From positions 603,434 to 667,433 of the forward strand of contig BOKX01000001.1 in the NCBI GenBank assembly GCA_016861205.1: a stretch of 64,000 bases of DNA. The letters run 5' to 3'. Origin of the DNA: Patescibacteria group bacterium (lineage in GTDB: Bacteria; Patescibacteriota; Microgenomatia; UBA1400; PJMF01). This document shows, one piece after another, positions 9,848 through 19,766 of the stretch. How positions within the stretch are numbered: the stretch's first letter is position 1; each line of letters opens with the position of its first letter. The position numbers and the translations under genes were made by a program. The notes below the pieces were generated by a model. That model was not told the origin of the DNA. It searched no databases and worked only from the letters and a program-made list of their open reading frames with translations.

Positions 9848-11005
9848 TTATTGCAACTGAGTTGCAGAGTCACTGGCTGGTGGTGATGCCAGTTCGCTTT
9901 GTAACCAAGCCTGCACGGCACTCCAGTCTCCTTGCCTTGGGACTAGAATAAACTGGCCATCGCTACTCTTGCTAGCCTTCAGCTGCGTTTTATCATCAAT
10001 CACCAGGCTCGTAATATGGTAGTGCTGCAAGTCATCAGCCCGTTGCAACCAGTCATCCCACTCGGCCAAAGGAAGATCCGTGCTCACATGCCAGCTTAAC
10101 GTGGTCAGCAACCCTGGCAATTTAGGGACAGCTTCCAACTTAAAAATTTTATCCTTCAAAGCGACTACGACAGCTCTTTGGCGAGCCGCCCGACCCAAGT
10201 CCCCGCCATCTTGGTTGCTGTGCCGAGAGCGAACGTACTTGAGAGCGGTTGCGCCATCCATCTGCTGCCGGCCAGCCAAAAACTCGAGTTTTTCATAGCG
10301 ACAAGGAAAAGCTTGTTCCGCCAACGTCCCTGAAAGGGTTGCCACAGCCGCAAGTTCTTCAGGTGATTTTTCACATGTGTCATTTTCTTTACCTTCGATG
10401 GGATACCACTCATCAGTAAAAGGTCGCGCGACATTCACCGTTACTCCGCCAAAATTGTCGATTGCCTTCACAAAACCTTCAAAATCCACCGCCACAAAGT
10501 ACTCGGGCTGGATGCCAGTCACCTGTTTGATGGCATACTTAGCTAGCTGGCCACCTCCCGCATTTCCGGTAAACTCTGGCGGTCTTTCAAGATAACGACG
10601 GGTGTCCAAACCGTAGCTGTATGCAGAGTTAAGTTTGCTACCCACCAACTCAGTTGGCTTCAGCGGCAGCTCTACCCAGATGTCGCGCGGTAGAGATACC
10701 AGTATCACTCGTTGTTGTTTTGGTTGAATCACAGCCAGAATCATGGTGTCTGTCAATCGGCCGCCCGCATGTTGGCCACCCCCATATCCCAACAAGGCAA
10801 TAACACGATCTCGGTCGGGATCAGGCGTGGGACTTGGCTGTGGTGAGTTATCTTGGGTAATGGTTGGGCTTTTCGGGGTAACAACCACTGAACGAGCGCG
10901 ACCGTAAGCCACTACGCCCACCGCAACTGTCAGACCCAGCGTGACCACCGCGGCTATCGCCGCCAGCTTTTGCCAAAGAGGCAAAGTTATCAGCTGTGCA
11001 GTCAT
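9848..11005 (-). CDS. LytR-CpsA-Psr (LCP) family cell-envelope phosphotransferase
   Basis: LLGYGGGQHAGGRLTDTMILAVIQP...VSLPRDIWVELP is the LCP core, with an N-terminal TM and a C-terminal LytR_C-like extension. Confidence 0.75.
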   Translation of the reverse strand: MTAQLITLPLWQKLAAIAAVVTLGLTVAVGVVAYGRARSVVVTPKSPTITQDNSPQPSPTPDPDRDRVIALLGYGGGQHAGGRLTDTMILAVIQPKQQRVILVSLPRDIWVELPLKPTELVGSKLNSAYSYGLDTRRYLERPPEFTGNAGGGQLAKYAIKQVTGIQPEYFVAVDFEGFVKAIDNFGGVTVNVARPFTDEWYPIEGKENDTCEKSPEELAAVATLSGTLAEQAFPCRYEKLEFLAGRQQMDGATALKYVRSRHSNQDGGDLGRAARQRAVVVALKDKIFKLEAVPKLPGLLTTLSWHVSTDLPLAEWDDWLQRADDLQHYHITSLVIDDKTQLKASKSSDGQFILVPRQGDWSAVQAWLQSELASPPASDSATQLQ

Positions 11006-11508
11006 CTTGATTCAGGCAGTGGCCGAAGCACCACTGCGCCTCCCTGGTTGATTTTTACGATACCAGCCGGTGCCGGATAGTCGTAGACATTCGCTTCAGT
11101 TAGTGGTGAACCGAGTATGGCTTCTCGTAGGGCGGCAATCACCGAACCATGAGTACAGGCTAGAATCACGTTCGTCGGCAACTGTTCAACCTCAGCCAAC
11201 CAGCTTTGGGCACGTTCACTCAGTTCGGCAATCGTCTCTTGATGGAACTCCCGCAAACGGTCATCTGTGGTAAATGTCCAGCTGGTGACCCGGGTCACAA
11301 TCTCTGCTGTTTGTTGGCAACGAAGTACTGGTGAGGCAAAAGCCACTTCAGGGGCTGGCTCAAGGTCTTTGAGAAACCAAGCACTTTTTTCTGCTTCAAC
11401 GATGCCTTCTGGAAGCAGTTTGGCTGTCAAGATATCTGGGCCGTAGCCGTCTTCACGACGGGTAGCCAAACCATGGCGCAAAAAGTAGTAGGTTTTGTTT
11501 GACATCAT
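11002..11508 (-). CDS. Histidine phosphatase (phosphoglycerate mutase-like) family protein
   Basis: FLRHGLATRRE (RHG catalytic motif) and ACTHGSVIAALREAILG. Overlaps the LCP gene by 4 nt, so likely operonic. Confidence 0.65.
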   Translation of the reverse strand: MMSNKTYYFLRHGLATRREDGYGPDILTAKLLPEGIVEAEKSAWFLKDLEPAPEVAFASPVLRCQQTAEIVTRVTSWTFTTDDRLREFHQETIAELSERAQSWLAEVEQLPTNVILACTHGSVIAALREAILGSPLTEANVYDYPAPAGIVKINQGGAVVLRPLPESR

Positions 11509-11520
11509 AGGTCGTCAGAG

Positions 11521-12771
11521 TTAGTTACTGGCTGAACTGACTTGATCATACACGGCAGCAACTTGCTCGGCTACCTTCGGCCAAGCCAAGTGCTCTGCGG
11601 TACGACGCAACTCAGCTGTCAACTCGGGGTGATGATCAGCTTCATCAATCAAGTGTTCGATCTGCTCGGAAAGACGCAGCGGATTGTTGACTGTCGCCAC
11701 TAAGTGATCAGCATCGTTGTCAAAGAACGTGGCAATTCCAGATACATTTGTTGTTACAACTGGCACACCACATGCCATAGCTTCCAAGGCTGTCATCCCA
11801 AAAGACTCGTAATGTGATGGCATGACTACCACCGAGGCTGCATTATAGTAAGCGGGTAGAGATAACTGATGTTGCTGGCCTACAAAGTGGACTAGATCCG
11901 GAATTTTCAGTACTTCACGCAATCGTTGCAGTTTTTGCAACTCGGCGGACCATTGATCACTCGGCTGGGAAATGTCCCCACCCACGATCCATAACCTAAT
12001 GTTCCAATTTGGTTGCCGATGACGAATCATCTTTAAGGCATACATGATTGCATCAATCCCTTTGAGCGGCTCGATACGGCCTACAAAAAGCAGAATTTTC
12101 TCATCGGGCTCTGCGCCTATACTCTGTTTGGCAGCAACATGATCCATGGGCTTAAACAAATCGATGTTCACTCCTGGGGTCACCACTTGAACCCGAGCTG
12201 GTTGAGCGTTGTACAAATGCTCCAAGTAGCTTTTGTCAGTCCGGCTAGGCGCAATGATGGCTTGACTGGTCGCGACCAAACTATATTCAGCGTTAATCCG
12301 AGCTTCACTTTCTTGCTCTTGTTGATTCCGAGCCACCAGGTTTTTCATCAACGCTAAGGTGTGAAAGGTGGTCACGATAGGTAGCCCCGGATGCAACTGC
12401 ACAATTTTTTGAGCGATCATACCCGACTGATAGTAGTGAGCATGTATCGCATCGTACGTGACATCAAACTCAGCCACAAACTGCTGCCAACGATCGACAA
12501 ACTCGTCTAAGTACATCAGCAGCTGTTGTTTTGGTAGGCCCATGGGCGGGCCTGCCAGCAAGTGCATCAGCCGTAACCCAGGCATAATCTCAACTATTCG
12601 CTGATTTGTCGCATCCTGGCATCGGGTGAAAATGTCAACTTGGTGCCCTTGCTTAACCAACTCTTTTGAGAGCTCGAGCACATATACGTTCATACCACCA
12701 GTTTCTTTGCCTTCCTCTGATGCCAAAGGACAGGTGTGATATGAGAGCATGCAAATTCGCAGTGATTTCAT
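11521..12771 (-). CDS. Glycosyltransferase family 4 (MshA-like retaining GT)
   Basis: N-terminal GT4 signature (GGMNVYVLELSKELVKQGHQVDIFT) and a C-terminal EX7E-type region (VMPSHYESFGMTALEAMACGVPVV). Confidence 0.75.
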   Translation of the reverse strand: MKSLRICMLSYHTCPLASEEGKETGGMNVYVLELSKELVKQGHQVDIFTRCQDATNQRIVEIMPGLRLMHLLAGPPMGLPKQQLLMYLDEFVDRWQQFVAEFDVTYDAIHAHYYQSGMIAQKIVQLHPGLPIVTTFHTLALMKNLVARNQQEQESEARINAEYSLVATSQAIIAPSRTDKSYLEHLYNAQPARVQVVTPGVNIDLFKPMDHVAAKQSIGAEPDEKILLFVGRIEPLKGIDAIMYALKMIRHRQPNWNIRLWIVGGDISQPSDQWSAELQKLQRLREVLKIPDLVHFVGQQHQLSLPAYYNAASVVVMPSHYESFGMTALEAMACGVPVVTTNVSGIATFFDNDADHLVATVNNPLRLSEQIEHLIDEADHHPELTAELRRTAEHLAWPKVAEQVAAVYDQVSSASN

Positions 12772-12820
12772 ACGTGAGACACAATAATACTCAGTCCAGC
12801 ATTAATGACAACTCGCAAAC

Positions 12821-13555
12821 TTACCTATCTTCGTAGTGTTGGGCCATTTGCGCAGTCACAATGTCTTGAAAATTGTGTTGACGATACATCGTATCACGCA
12901 GTTCATAGTGCACGACAACTCCCCGACCCGTGCCTTTTTCAGCCACTACCAACAAACGAAGGTTGGGATTACCTGGGATACCTTTGTAGCGCCAGACTCG
13001 TTCACCACGAGGACCAACCACTTCATCAACACCCAACATTTTGTAGTAGTCATACCGACCGCCAACGCGGCCGCGAGCTTCGTTGTATCGTTCTATGTAC
13101 TGCAATACGGTCTGATCCATCTCAGCTTGCCGACCTTTTTTCTGAACACTACCGTTCATTTTGCTTCGAGCGGCAGCCAGCATACGTGCATCAAGCGCTT
13201 GATTTAAGCTTGCGTTCAAATCAGGCAACTGAAACATGTTATCTAGAAAACGAATGTACTTCTCAGCAAAGGCAGGATTTAACTTTAAAAAAATGAGGTA
13301 GAGACCCAATAGGCCCATGCGCTCTTCTTCTCGGAGGACGTTCAGGTGGGGTCGGGTGGCCAAAAGCTCGCGCAGTTTTGCCTTGTCACTCTCTGACATC
13401 GACTCAACTAAACGCTGTTTGAACTCATCGCTCATCAACTCAGCCAGTGAGGCATCAAACAGTAATTGTCGGACTTTGCGTTCAGTTCTACCCATGACCA
13501 TGGGTATATCAGAAGAGATCAGAATTGCGGCTGACAAATGTGACACAACAAACAC
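12821..13555 (-). CDS. Hypothetical protein (charged, soluble; no recognisable domain)
   Basis: 244-aa ORF with balanced composition. The competing plus-strand ORF 12805..13296 is Cys/His/Arg-rich and looks like an antisense artefact. The start may be the internal MVMGRTERK. Confidence 0.35.
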   Translation of the reverse strand: MFVVSHLSAAILISSDIPMVMGRTERKVRQLLFDASLAELMSDEFKQRLVESMSESDKAKLRELLATRPHLNVLREEERMGLLGLYLIFLKLNPAFAEKYIRFLDNMFQLPDLNASLNQALDARMLAAARSKMNGSVQKKGRQAEMDQTVLQYIERYNEARGRVGGRYDYYKMLGVDEVVGPRGERVWRYKGIPGNPNLRLLVVAEKGTGRGVVVHYELRDTMYRQHNFQDIVTAQMAQHYEDR

Positions 13556-13695
13556 TGTCGAACTGAATTACATACACCTTTTTTGGGCATTTGGTTTTGG
13601 AGAGTGGCTCAGTACGATGTGGAGTGTTCAGGTTGTTAGCCATACACAACTTAATAATTATTTAATAATTGCCCGCTATCATACGGTAAGCAGTT

Positions 13696-14367
13696 ATGCA
13701 GATATTACTCGTCGAAGATGACCAAGACCTGGCTGATAGTTTGCGCCATCGCTTAGCAGGCAGTTTTCAGGTGACTACGGTGGCTAACGGTCAAAAAGCC
13801 TTACATGAGCTGGCCATCGGTGACTTTCAAGCCATCATTCTCGATCTCTCATTGCCAGATATAACTGGACAAACCTTATGTCAAAAAATGCGAGCTGACG
13901 CACATCATCAGCCCATCATTGCCTTGACTGGTCAAAATGAACTCGGTACAAAAGTGACTGCCCTAGAGTTGGGTTTTGACGACTACTTGGTTAAGCCAGT
14001 CGCTCCTGCCGAGCTGACTGCCCGCATCCGCGCCTGTTTACGTCGGCCCTACGTTCAACACCCCAACCACAAGCTGACAGTTGGCTGCCTCAGCTTAGAT
14101 CTCGAATCGTTGACTGTTGTTCGTGACGGCCAAACCATAAGTCTGAGAAAGCGGGAAGCAACTTTGCTTGCGTACCTTATGCATCATGCTGGCCGAGTTG
14201 TAACTCGAGACATGATCTTGAGTGTAATCTGGTCGGCCTCGTATGAAACTGACCCCAACGTGGTGAATGTACACATTAAGGTTCTGAGAGACAGAATAGA
14301 TCGTAACTTCAACAAAAAGTTGATCAAAACAGTGCATGGCTTGGGTTACAAACTGGAAACGATATGA
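13696..14367 (+). CDS. OmpR-family response regulator (receiver + winged-helix)
   Basis: Receiver motifs LLVEDD...IILDLSLPDITG...DDYLVKP and a C-terminal trans_reg_C region (RLQATAHELQL-type element LSLDLESLTV...LRKREATLLAYLM). Confidence 0.85.
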   Translation: MQILLVEDDQDLADSLRHRLAGSFQVTTVANGQKALHELAIGDFQAIILDLSLPDITGQTLCQKMRADAHHQPIIALTGQNELGTKVTALELGFDDYLVKPVAPAELTARIRACLRRPYVQHPNHKLTVGCLSLDLESLTVVRDGQTISLRKREATLLAYLMHHAGRVVTRDMILSVIWSASYETDPNVVNVHIKVLRDRIDRNFNKKLIKTVHGLGYKLETI

Positions 14368-15289
14368 ACACCTGCTCGCCACATTCACGTCGACCCATCT
14401 GAGTCGAACCGTGATAGTGAAGTTGTTCTCAGCAAGCCTTGAGTGGGCAGGGTGGTGGGGTTTGGCTTGGTTGACCTATTACTTGAACCATATCGATAGC
14501 AAACTCGGGCAAACAGCACTGGCTTGCCTGGGAGTAGATACTGGCTTTCGGCTGCTGGCTGCTCGCCGGCGGCAGTACCAAACCAAAATCAAAGATCTTG
14601 AACTAAAACAAGTTCGTTACCTCACCCATCTTGGCAAACTCACCCCAGGCTTAATCCACGATATCGTCACTCCATTAAATACCATTCAGTTAAGTCTCTC
14701 AGAGCTTGAGCCAGAAATTGTACAGCCGTGCTCGCCGGGTCGGCACGCTCTCGATCGAGCCACTCGCAACGCTTACAAGATTACAACGTACCTCGCAACT
14801 ATCCGCGAACATCTGCAACAACAAACACGACTCCAAACTTTTTCTCCTGTCCAAGAAATTAACTTTGCGATTGAAGCGGTGTATCAAAAATGTGTGAAGT
14901 GTAATGTGGAAATCGAGTTCGTTGCCACCACACAGCGGGATATCACAGGAAATCCTCTGCGGTTTTATCAGCTGGTACTTAACCTGTTGACCAATGCCAT
15001 TGACTCCTACCCCACCACCAACGCCAACACCCAGCTAGTGGGTGTTCGACTCCAGGCCACTGCACACGAACTTCAATTGCTCATTGAAGATCACGGCTGT
15101 GGGATGACTCCCAGTTTGACACGGCGGATGTTTGAACCTTTTTTTACTACAAAAACTACCCAGCAAGGTACCGGCCTTGGCCTGGCTTTGTGTCGCGAGA
15201 TAGTTGCCGAGTTTCGTGGGCAGATTATGGTCAATAGTCATCCCCAGCAAGGCACTACTTTTCAGATCGGCATTCCTTGGCGGGGTTAA
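14336..15289 (+). CDS. Sensor histidine kinase (HisKA + HATPase_c)
   Basis: H-box LIHDIVTPLNTI, N-box LLTNAIDSYP, G-boxes DHGCGMT and GTGLGLALCREIV. Overlaps the preceding regulator by 32 nt. Confidence 0.75.
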   Translation: MAWVTNWKRYEHLLATFTSTHLSRTVIVKLFSASLEWAGWWGLAWLTYYLNHIDSKLGQTALACLGVDTGFRLLAARRRQYQTKIKDLELKQVRYLTHLGKLTPGLIHDIVTPLNTIQLSLSELEPEIVQPCSPGRHALDRATRNAYKITTYLATIREHLQQQTRLQTFSPVQEINFAIEAVYQKCVKCNVEIEFVATTQRDITGNPLRFYQLVLNLLTNAIDSYPTTNANTQLVGVRLQATAHELQLLIEDHGCGMTPSLTRRMFEPFFTTKTTQQGTGLGLALCREIVAEFRGQIMVNSHPQQGTTFQIGIPWRG

Positions 15290-15328
15290 ACTTCAGCTAG
15301 GGTTCAGTCGGCCAGCTATAATAGGAAC

Positions 15329-16006
15329 ATGAAAATTTTAGTCGTCGAGGATGAGGTCCGGATTGCCAGCCAACTCAAAAAGGGGTTGGAACAAGAACGC
15401 TACAACGTTCAGCTCAGTCACGATGGCATTGAGGGTTACGACCTAGCAAGCACTGAAGAGTTTGACCTCATCATCTTGGATTTGATGTTGCCTGGGAAAG
15501 ACGGCTTAACTATCTGTCGTGAGTTGCGTCGGCAACACGTGTCGACTCCTATTTTGATGTTGACGGCCAAAGCCCAAATTACCGACCGAGTCACTGGTCT
15601 TGATCTGGGTGCAGATGACTACTTGACGAAACCCTTTGCCTTCGACGAGCTGTTTGCCCGGGTTCGAGCTTTAACCAGACGCCCACCCCAGCTCAATCAT
15701 GCTACCTTACGCGTCGGCGATCTGGAACTTGATCCCCAAGCCTTTACTGTATCGCGACACCAAACTCCATTACAGCTGTCCCAAAAAGAGTTCATGATTC
15801 TCAAGTACCTGATGCGACAAGCTGGTCAGATCGTAACCAAAGACAAAATTATGTCGCAGGTCTGGGATTACGACGCTGATATTTTGCCCAACACGGTAGA
15901 GGCGTACATCAAAAACTTGCGCAAAAAAATCGATGTGCCGTTCCCGGATCTGCCACCGTTGATTAAAACAGTTCGTGGGTTTGGATACAAACTTGATGCT
16001 CAATAG
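15329..16006 (+). CDS. OmpR-family response regulator (second copy)
   Basis: MKILVVEDEVRIA...IILDLMLPGKDG...DDYLTKPF with a winged-helix C-terminus. Confidence 0.85.
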   Translation: MKILVVEDEVRIASQLKKGLEQERYNVQLSHDGIEGYDLASTEEFDLIILDLMLPGKDGLTICRELRRQHVSTPILMLTAKAQITDRVTGLDLGADDYLTKPFAFDELFARVRALTRRPPQLNHATLRVGDLELDPQAFTVSRHQTPLQLSQKEFMILKYLMRQAGQIVTKDKIMSQVWDYDADILPNTVEAYIKNLRKKIDVPFPDLPPLIKTVRGFGYKLDAQ

Positions 16007-17054
16007 AGTCCCGGTTTTTCGATCTGCTCGACTTAAACTCACAGTCTGGTACGTGGCTATTTTGATGGTTATTAGCTTAATGTTTAGTGGCAGCATCTAT
16101 ACGTTGTCTGTTCGTGAAGTGCAACATTTTGAACAACTCCAACGTTGGGAACTTCAAGAACAACTCCAAACCAGTGGCTGCTTATCATATGATGCTCGGA
16201 CTTGTGGCTTCGGCCCAACCCTCGCCCCTGGTTCGACGCTGCTCAATGACTCAAAGCGACGCATTTTGTCATCACTGGCTGTGGTTAACCTCACAATCTT
16301 GCTAGCCGCCACCGTGTTCAGCTACTTGTTGGCGGGCAAGACACTTAAGCCAATTCAGAACATGGTTGACGATCAAAATCGATTTATCAGCGACGCTTCT
16401 CATGAGCTCAGAACTCCCCTGACCTCACTAAAAAGTGGTTTTGAGTTGTTTTTGCGTGACGCCCATCACAGTTTGCGAGATGCCGTAACCCTGGCGAAGG
16501 AAGGACTCGAAGACGTCCAGACACTCCAATCACTCACCGAGTCCATGTTGCAACTCACGCAGTATCAATCAACCCCAAGACAGGCAACCCTATCACCACT
16601 CAAACTTATCGAACCTATTCAAGATGCCTCCCGGCGCGTAAAAAAACAGGCCAGCCACAAAAAAATCACGGTAACCATTGAAGTTGAATCTAGCTGGCAG
16701 GTCATTGGTAATAAACAGTCATTAAGCGATCTATTCGTGATTCTGCTCGACAATGCAATCAAGTACAGTCCCAGCCGAACTACTGTACATGTTCGTGCTA
16801 AACAGCTGCACCGGTCCGTGGCCGTCTCGGTTGTTGATCAGGGCATCGGCATAGAACCCACCGATCTCGGGCACATATTTGACCGGTTCTATCGGGCCGA
16901 TACCGCCCGGACAAAGACCACCGACAGTGGATATGGGTTGGGGTTATCTATTGCCCAAAACATAGTTGCTCTTCATAAGGGGTGTATCGACGTCACAAGT
17001 GTGGTCGGCCAGGGGAGTGTGTTCACCGTGCACCTGCCACTTACCCGCACCTAA
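15975..17054 (+). CDS. Sensor histidine kinase with two N-terminal TM segments (second copy)
   Basis: H-box SDASHELRTPLTSL, N-box LLDNAIKYSP, DQGIGIEP and GYGLGLSIAQNIVALHKG. Hydrophobic segments flank a ~70-aa periplasmic loop. Overlaps the regulator 3' end by 32 nt. Confidence 0.8.
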   Translation: MGLDTNLMLNRVPVFRSARLKLTVWYVAILMVISLMFSGSIYTLSVREVQHFEQLQRWELQEQLQTSGCLSYDARTCGFGPTLAPGSTLLNDSKRRILSSLAVVNLTILLAATVFSYLLAGKTLKPIQNMVDDQNRFISDASHELRTPLTSLKSGFELFLRDAHHSLRDAVTLAKEGLEDVQTLQSLTESMLQLTQYQSTPRQATLSPLKLIEPIQDASRRVKKQASHKKITVTIEVESSWQVIGNKQSLSDLFVILLDNAIKYSPSRTTVHVRAKQLHRSVAVSVVDQGIGIEPTDLGHIFDRFYRADTARTKTTDSGYGLGLSIAQNIVALHKGCIDVTSVVGQGSVFTVHLPLTRT

Positions 17055-17135
17055 GGCCACACCTGTCTTCAGCTGATTTTCAACTCATGGGTACATAATC
17101 TTAAAACTAGACTATCTAGTAGCTGGACAAAGTAA

Positions 17136-17170
17136 AACACTCCCCGCCGGGGGTGTTTTGCTATCTGGGC
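17136..17170. terminator. Bidirectional terminator-like hairpin between convergent genes
   Basis: aacactCCCCGccgGGGGtgtttt forms a GC stem flanked by T/A runs. It lies between the stop of the + strand kinase (17054) and the stop of the - strand MGMT-like gene (17183). Confidence 0.4.
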
Positions 17171-17182
17171 GCAACCGAACGT

Positions 17183-17506
17183 TTACGGCTGCCACTGTGA
17201 AACCTGCAAATCGACTTTAGATCCGTTAAAAATCACACCCTCACGTTGGAGCATTAGCTGCTTGGTACTCACACCGTCCCCAGCAGAATAACCAGTTAAA
17301 CTGCCATCGCTCGCTACCACCCGATGACAGGGAGTTCGGGGCGCATCGGGGTTTGTTTTCATACACATCCCAACGGCTCGCGCCGCTCTGGGGCTACCAG
17401 CCAACTTGGCTAACTGGCCATACGTCGCAACTTTGCCGGTGGGAATTTGCCGACACAAGTCATAGACTTTATCAAAAAAAACTGATCGGGTAGGCTCATT
17501 CGACAT
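17183..17506 (-). CDS. Methylated-DNA-protein-cysteine methyltransferase, DNA-binding/active-site domain only (short MGMT-family protein)
   Basis: PCHRV active-site motif (RTPCHRVVASDGSLTGY) within a ~100-aa protein corresponding to the Ogt C-terminal domain. Confidence 0.65.
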   Translation of the reverse strand: MSNEPTRSVFFDKVYDLCRQIPTGKVATYGQLAKLAGSPRAARAVGMCMKTNPDAPRTPCHRVVASDGSLTGYSAGDGVSTKQLMLQREGVIFNGSKVDLQVSQWQP

Positions 17507-17513
17507 ATGCCCT

Positions 17514-18656
17514 TTGTACCAAAAAAGTGTTTCATTAGCAAACTCTTTCAGCTCAAACTCAGGTACGGTTGACTATAATCCGGGCAGTATGACTGGCAAA
17601 GTTTGGTTCGGCATCATTGGATTAGTGGTTTTGGCTGGCCTTGGGTGGTGGTGGCGGTCAAACGATCTGAGGCAGTCATCTTCAACCCAACTCACCAGTG
17701 ACTCAGCTGACGAAAATGACGAGCTGAGTGGCCTGGCAAAAACTCCCCTGCACCCCCTAACAATCGAGAGCTTACGAACCAGAAACTACCCTGGCAGCCC
17801 TATTACCATCGAGTCTGAGCTTGAGCCTGGCAGCAACTACCAGCGGTACTTGACCTCATATCAGTCTGATGGCTTAAAAATCTACGCTTTACTCACGGTT
17901 CCGAATGGAGACAAGCCAGCAACTGGTTGGCCAGTCATAGTTTTTAATCATGGTTACATTCCCCCTGCCGAGTATCGCACTACGGAACGTTATGTAGCCT
18001 ACACTGATGGCTTCTCTCGCCAAGGCTACATTGTGTTTCGACCTGACTACCGCGGACATGGCAACTCGGAAGGCGAAGCGAGCGGCGCGTATGGTTCGAA
18101 TGCTTACACTATTGACGTGTTGAATGCCGTGGCCAGCCTCAAACAGTATCCAGATGCCGATCCACAACGTATTGGCATGTGGGGGCACTCAATGGGCGGC
18201 CATATCACGTTGAAAAGTATGGTAGTCGATCCTGATATCAAGGCCGGTGTGATTTGGGCTGGGGTGGTCGCTTCGTATCCCGATTTACTCAACAATTGGC
18301 GCCGAAGTAACTTCACACCGCCGCCACTACCCAGTGGAGCTCGCCGTTGGCGACAAATACTAACAGATGAGTATGGCACACCTGAGCAAAATCCCCAGTT
18401 CTGGGCCAGTATCTCAGCCAACAGTTTTTTGAGTAGCCTGTCCGGTCCGATCCAACTTCACCACGGTACAGCAGATAGCTCGGTGCCTGTCGAGTTTTCT
18501 GAAAGTCTCCAGACCCAACTCCAGGCTGCCAGCCAAGTCAGTGAGCTCTTTGTCTATCCCGGTGATGACCACAATCTAAGTGATAACTTCTCAACAGCCA
18601 TGCGTCGATCTGTCGAGTTTTTTGACACCTATGTCAAAAAAAGTGATGGTTCCTGA
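17514..18656 (+). CDS. Alpha/beta-hydrolase, prolyl oligopeptidase (S9)-type serine peptidase/esterase, membrane-anchored
   Basis: Nucleophile elbow GHSMGG, downstream Asp/His-containing segments (HHGTADSSVP), and an N-terminal TM (WFGIIGLVVLAGLGWWW). Confidence 0.6.
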   Translation: MYQKSVSLANSFSSNSGTVDYNPGSMTGKVWFGIIGLVVLAGLGWWWRSNDLRQSSSTQLTSDSADENDELSGLAKTPLHPLTIESLRTRNYPGSPITIESELEPGSNYQRYLTSYQSDGLKIYALLTVPNGDKPATGWPVIVFNHGYIPPAEYRTTERYVAYTDGFSRQGYIVFRPDYRGHGNSEGEASGAYGSNAYTIDVLNAVASLKQYPDADPQRIGMWGHSMGGHITLKSMVVDPDIKAGVIWAGVVASYPDLLNNWRRSNFTPPPLPSGARRWRQILTDEYGTPEQNPQFWASISANSFLSSLSGPIQLHHGTADSSVPVEFSESLQTQLQAASQVSELFVYPGDDHNLSDNFSTAMRRSVEFFDTYVKKSDGS

Positions 18657-18689
18657 CCTGTGACAGTGACCTTGTTATAATTCGCGCCT

Positions 18690-19088
18690 GTGACCAAGCG
18701 CGAACGACCAAGACATCAAGACCCAACAGAACGACAGTTTGAAATGCTGACTGCGGAGTGTGGTTTTAGGGTCGAACCTGCCGAACCAATTACTTGCCAG
18801 CAACCAGTCGCCAACAAGGGTGGCATACTGAAAAAAAAGACCACGATACCCGATTTTAAAGTTAGTCATCCTCACACTGGTCATTTCACATTGGTTGAGG
18901 TCACAGCCGACAGCATCCTCGGAAGTGGTAAAGCCGCTCAGAGACGGGTCGTTACCCAAGCCGAACACGAGCAAGGTATAGCAATTCCGTATGTGGTAGT
19001 TTGTGGCACCACCGTCGCCCAGCTAACGAGTCTGGACGTTGAAACCCGTACTGAATTCTTACTGGGACTTTTTAAGTGGCAGTTGTAG
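18690..19088 (+). CDS. Hypothetical protein (132 aa)
   Basis: ORF-only call with an antisense ORF 18675..18974 competing. No motif recognised. Confidence 0.3.
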   Translation: MTKRERPRHQDPTERQFEMLTAECGFRVEPAEPITCQQPVANKGGILKKKTTIPDFKVSHPHTGHFTLVEVTADSILGSGKAAQRRVVTQAEHEQGIAIPYVVVCGTTVAQLTSLDVETRTEFLLGLFKWQL

Positions 19089-19099
19089 CGGGCAATCGC

Positions 19100-19729
19100 T
19101 TAGTACACTAAATCTCGTTCACCAGCCGCGTACAGCTTAGCCAAGCGCGCCATTTTATAGTGATAGTTATCCCAACCCACTGGGAATGAGTCTTTGGTGA
19201 CCGTCAGCTTGGTTGGTTCCCCTGTATTGGTCAAACCGGTCGCCTCAAAAGTTTCGCCAAGTGTATGCAGTTTGAGTAATTTTTCGATGGGGCAGAGCAC
19301 AATAGTTTCTAGCTCGGTTTTATCTGGATGATACTCTTTCAGTGGTGTGTTATCGGTTACCAAATAAATGGTTACCAGATTGTGTCGAATCTCGCCTCGT
19401 TCATCAGGAATGACACTCATTTTTCGTCCCACCGCCAGACACTCTGCCGGATCGTAGTTTCGGCCCAACTCCTCTTCTGCCTCTCGCAATCCATCAAGTC
19501 CCTCTTCGCCAGTTTGGTAATGACCCCCCACGCTAGCATCAAGCTTGAGTGGTGCCCAGCTGGCTTCTGCGCTCCGCTGTTGATATAAAATTGCTGGTTC
19601 TGGATCAGTTCGGATGATCCACAAATTAAACGTGCCAATCCAATCCCCATCGTGAATCGCTTGTCGACGCTCTTTGACTTGACCTGAACGTGTAAACAGT
19701 GGCGGCTGCAAAATATCAACCATTTCCAT
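19100..19729 (-). CDS. NUDIX hydrolase
   Basis: Nudix box GGHYQTGEEGLDGLREAEEELG (G-x5-E-x6-REAxEEEL-G), i.e. a one-residue-short variant of the canonical box. Confidence 0.55.
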   Translation of the reverse strand: MEMVDILQPPLFTRSGQVKERRQAIHDGDWIGTFNLWIIRTDPEPAILYQQRSAEASWAPLKLDASVGGHYQTGEEGLDGLREAEEELGRNYDPAECLAVGRKMSVIPDERGEIRHNLVTIYLVTDNTPLKEYHPDKTELETIVLCPIEKLLKLHTLGETFEATGLTNTGEPTKLTVTKDSFPVGWDNYHYKMARLAKLYAAGERDLVY

Positions 19730-19766
19730 ATTTGTATCCTGTGAGCTACACGCGCTCAGCTCCCCT

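Noticed and set aside
12805-13296. Plus-strand ORF (163 aa) antisense to the 12821-13555 gene
   Set aside because: Its translation is Cys/His/Arg/Gln-rich with no hydrophobic core pattern, typical of a non-coding frame. The minus-strand ORF is longer and protein-like.
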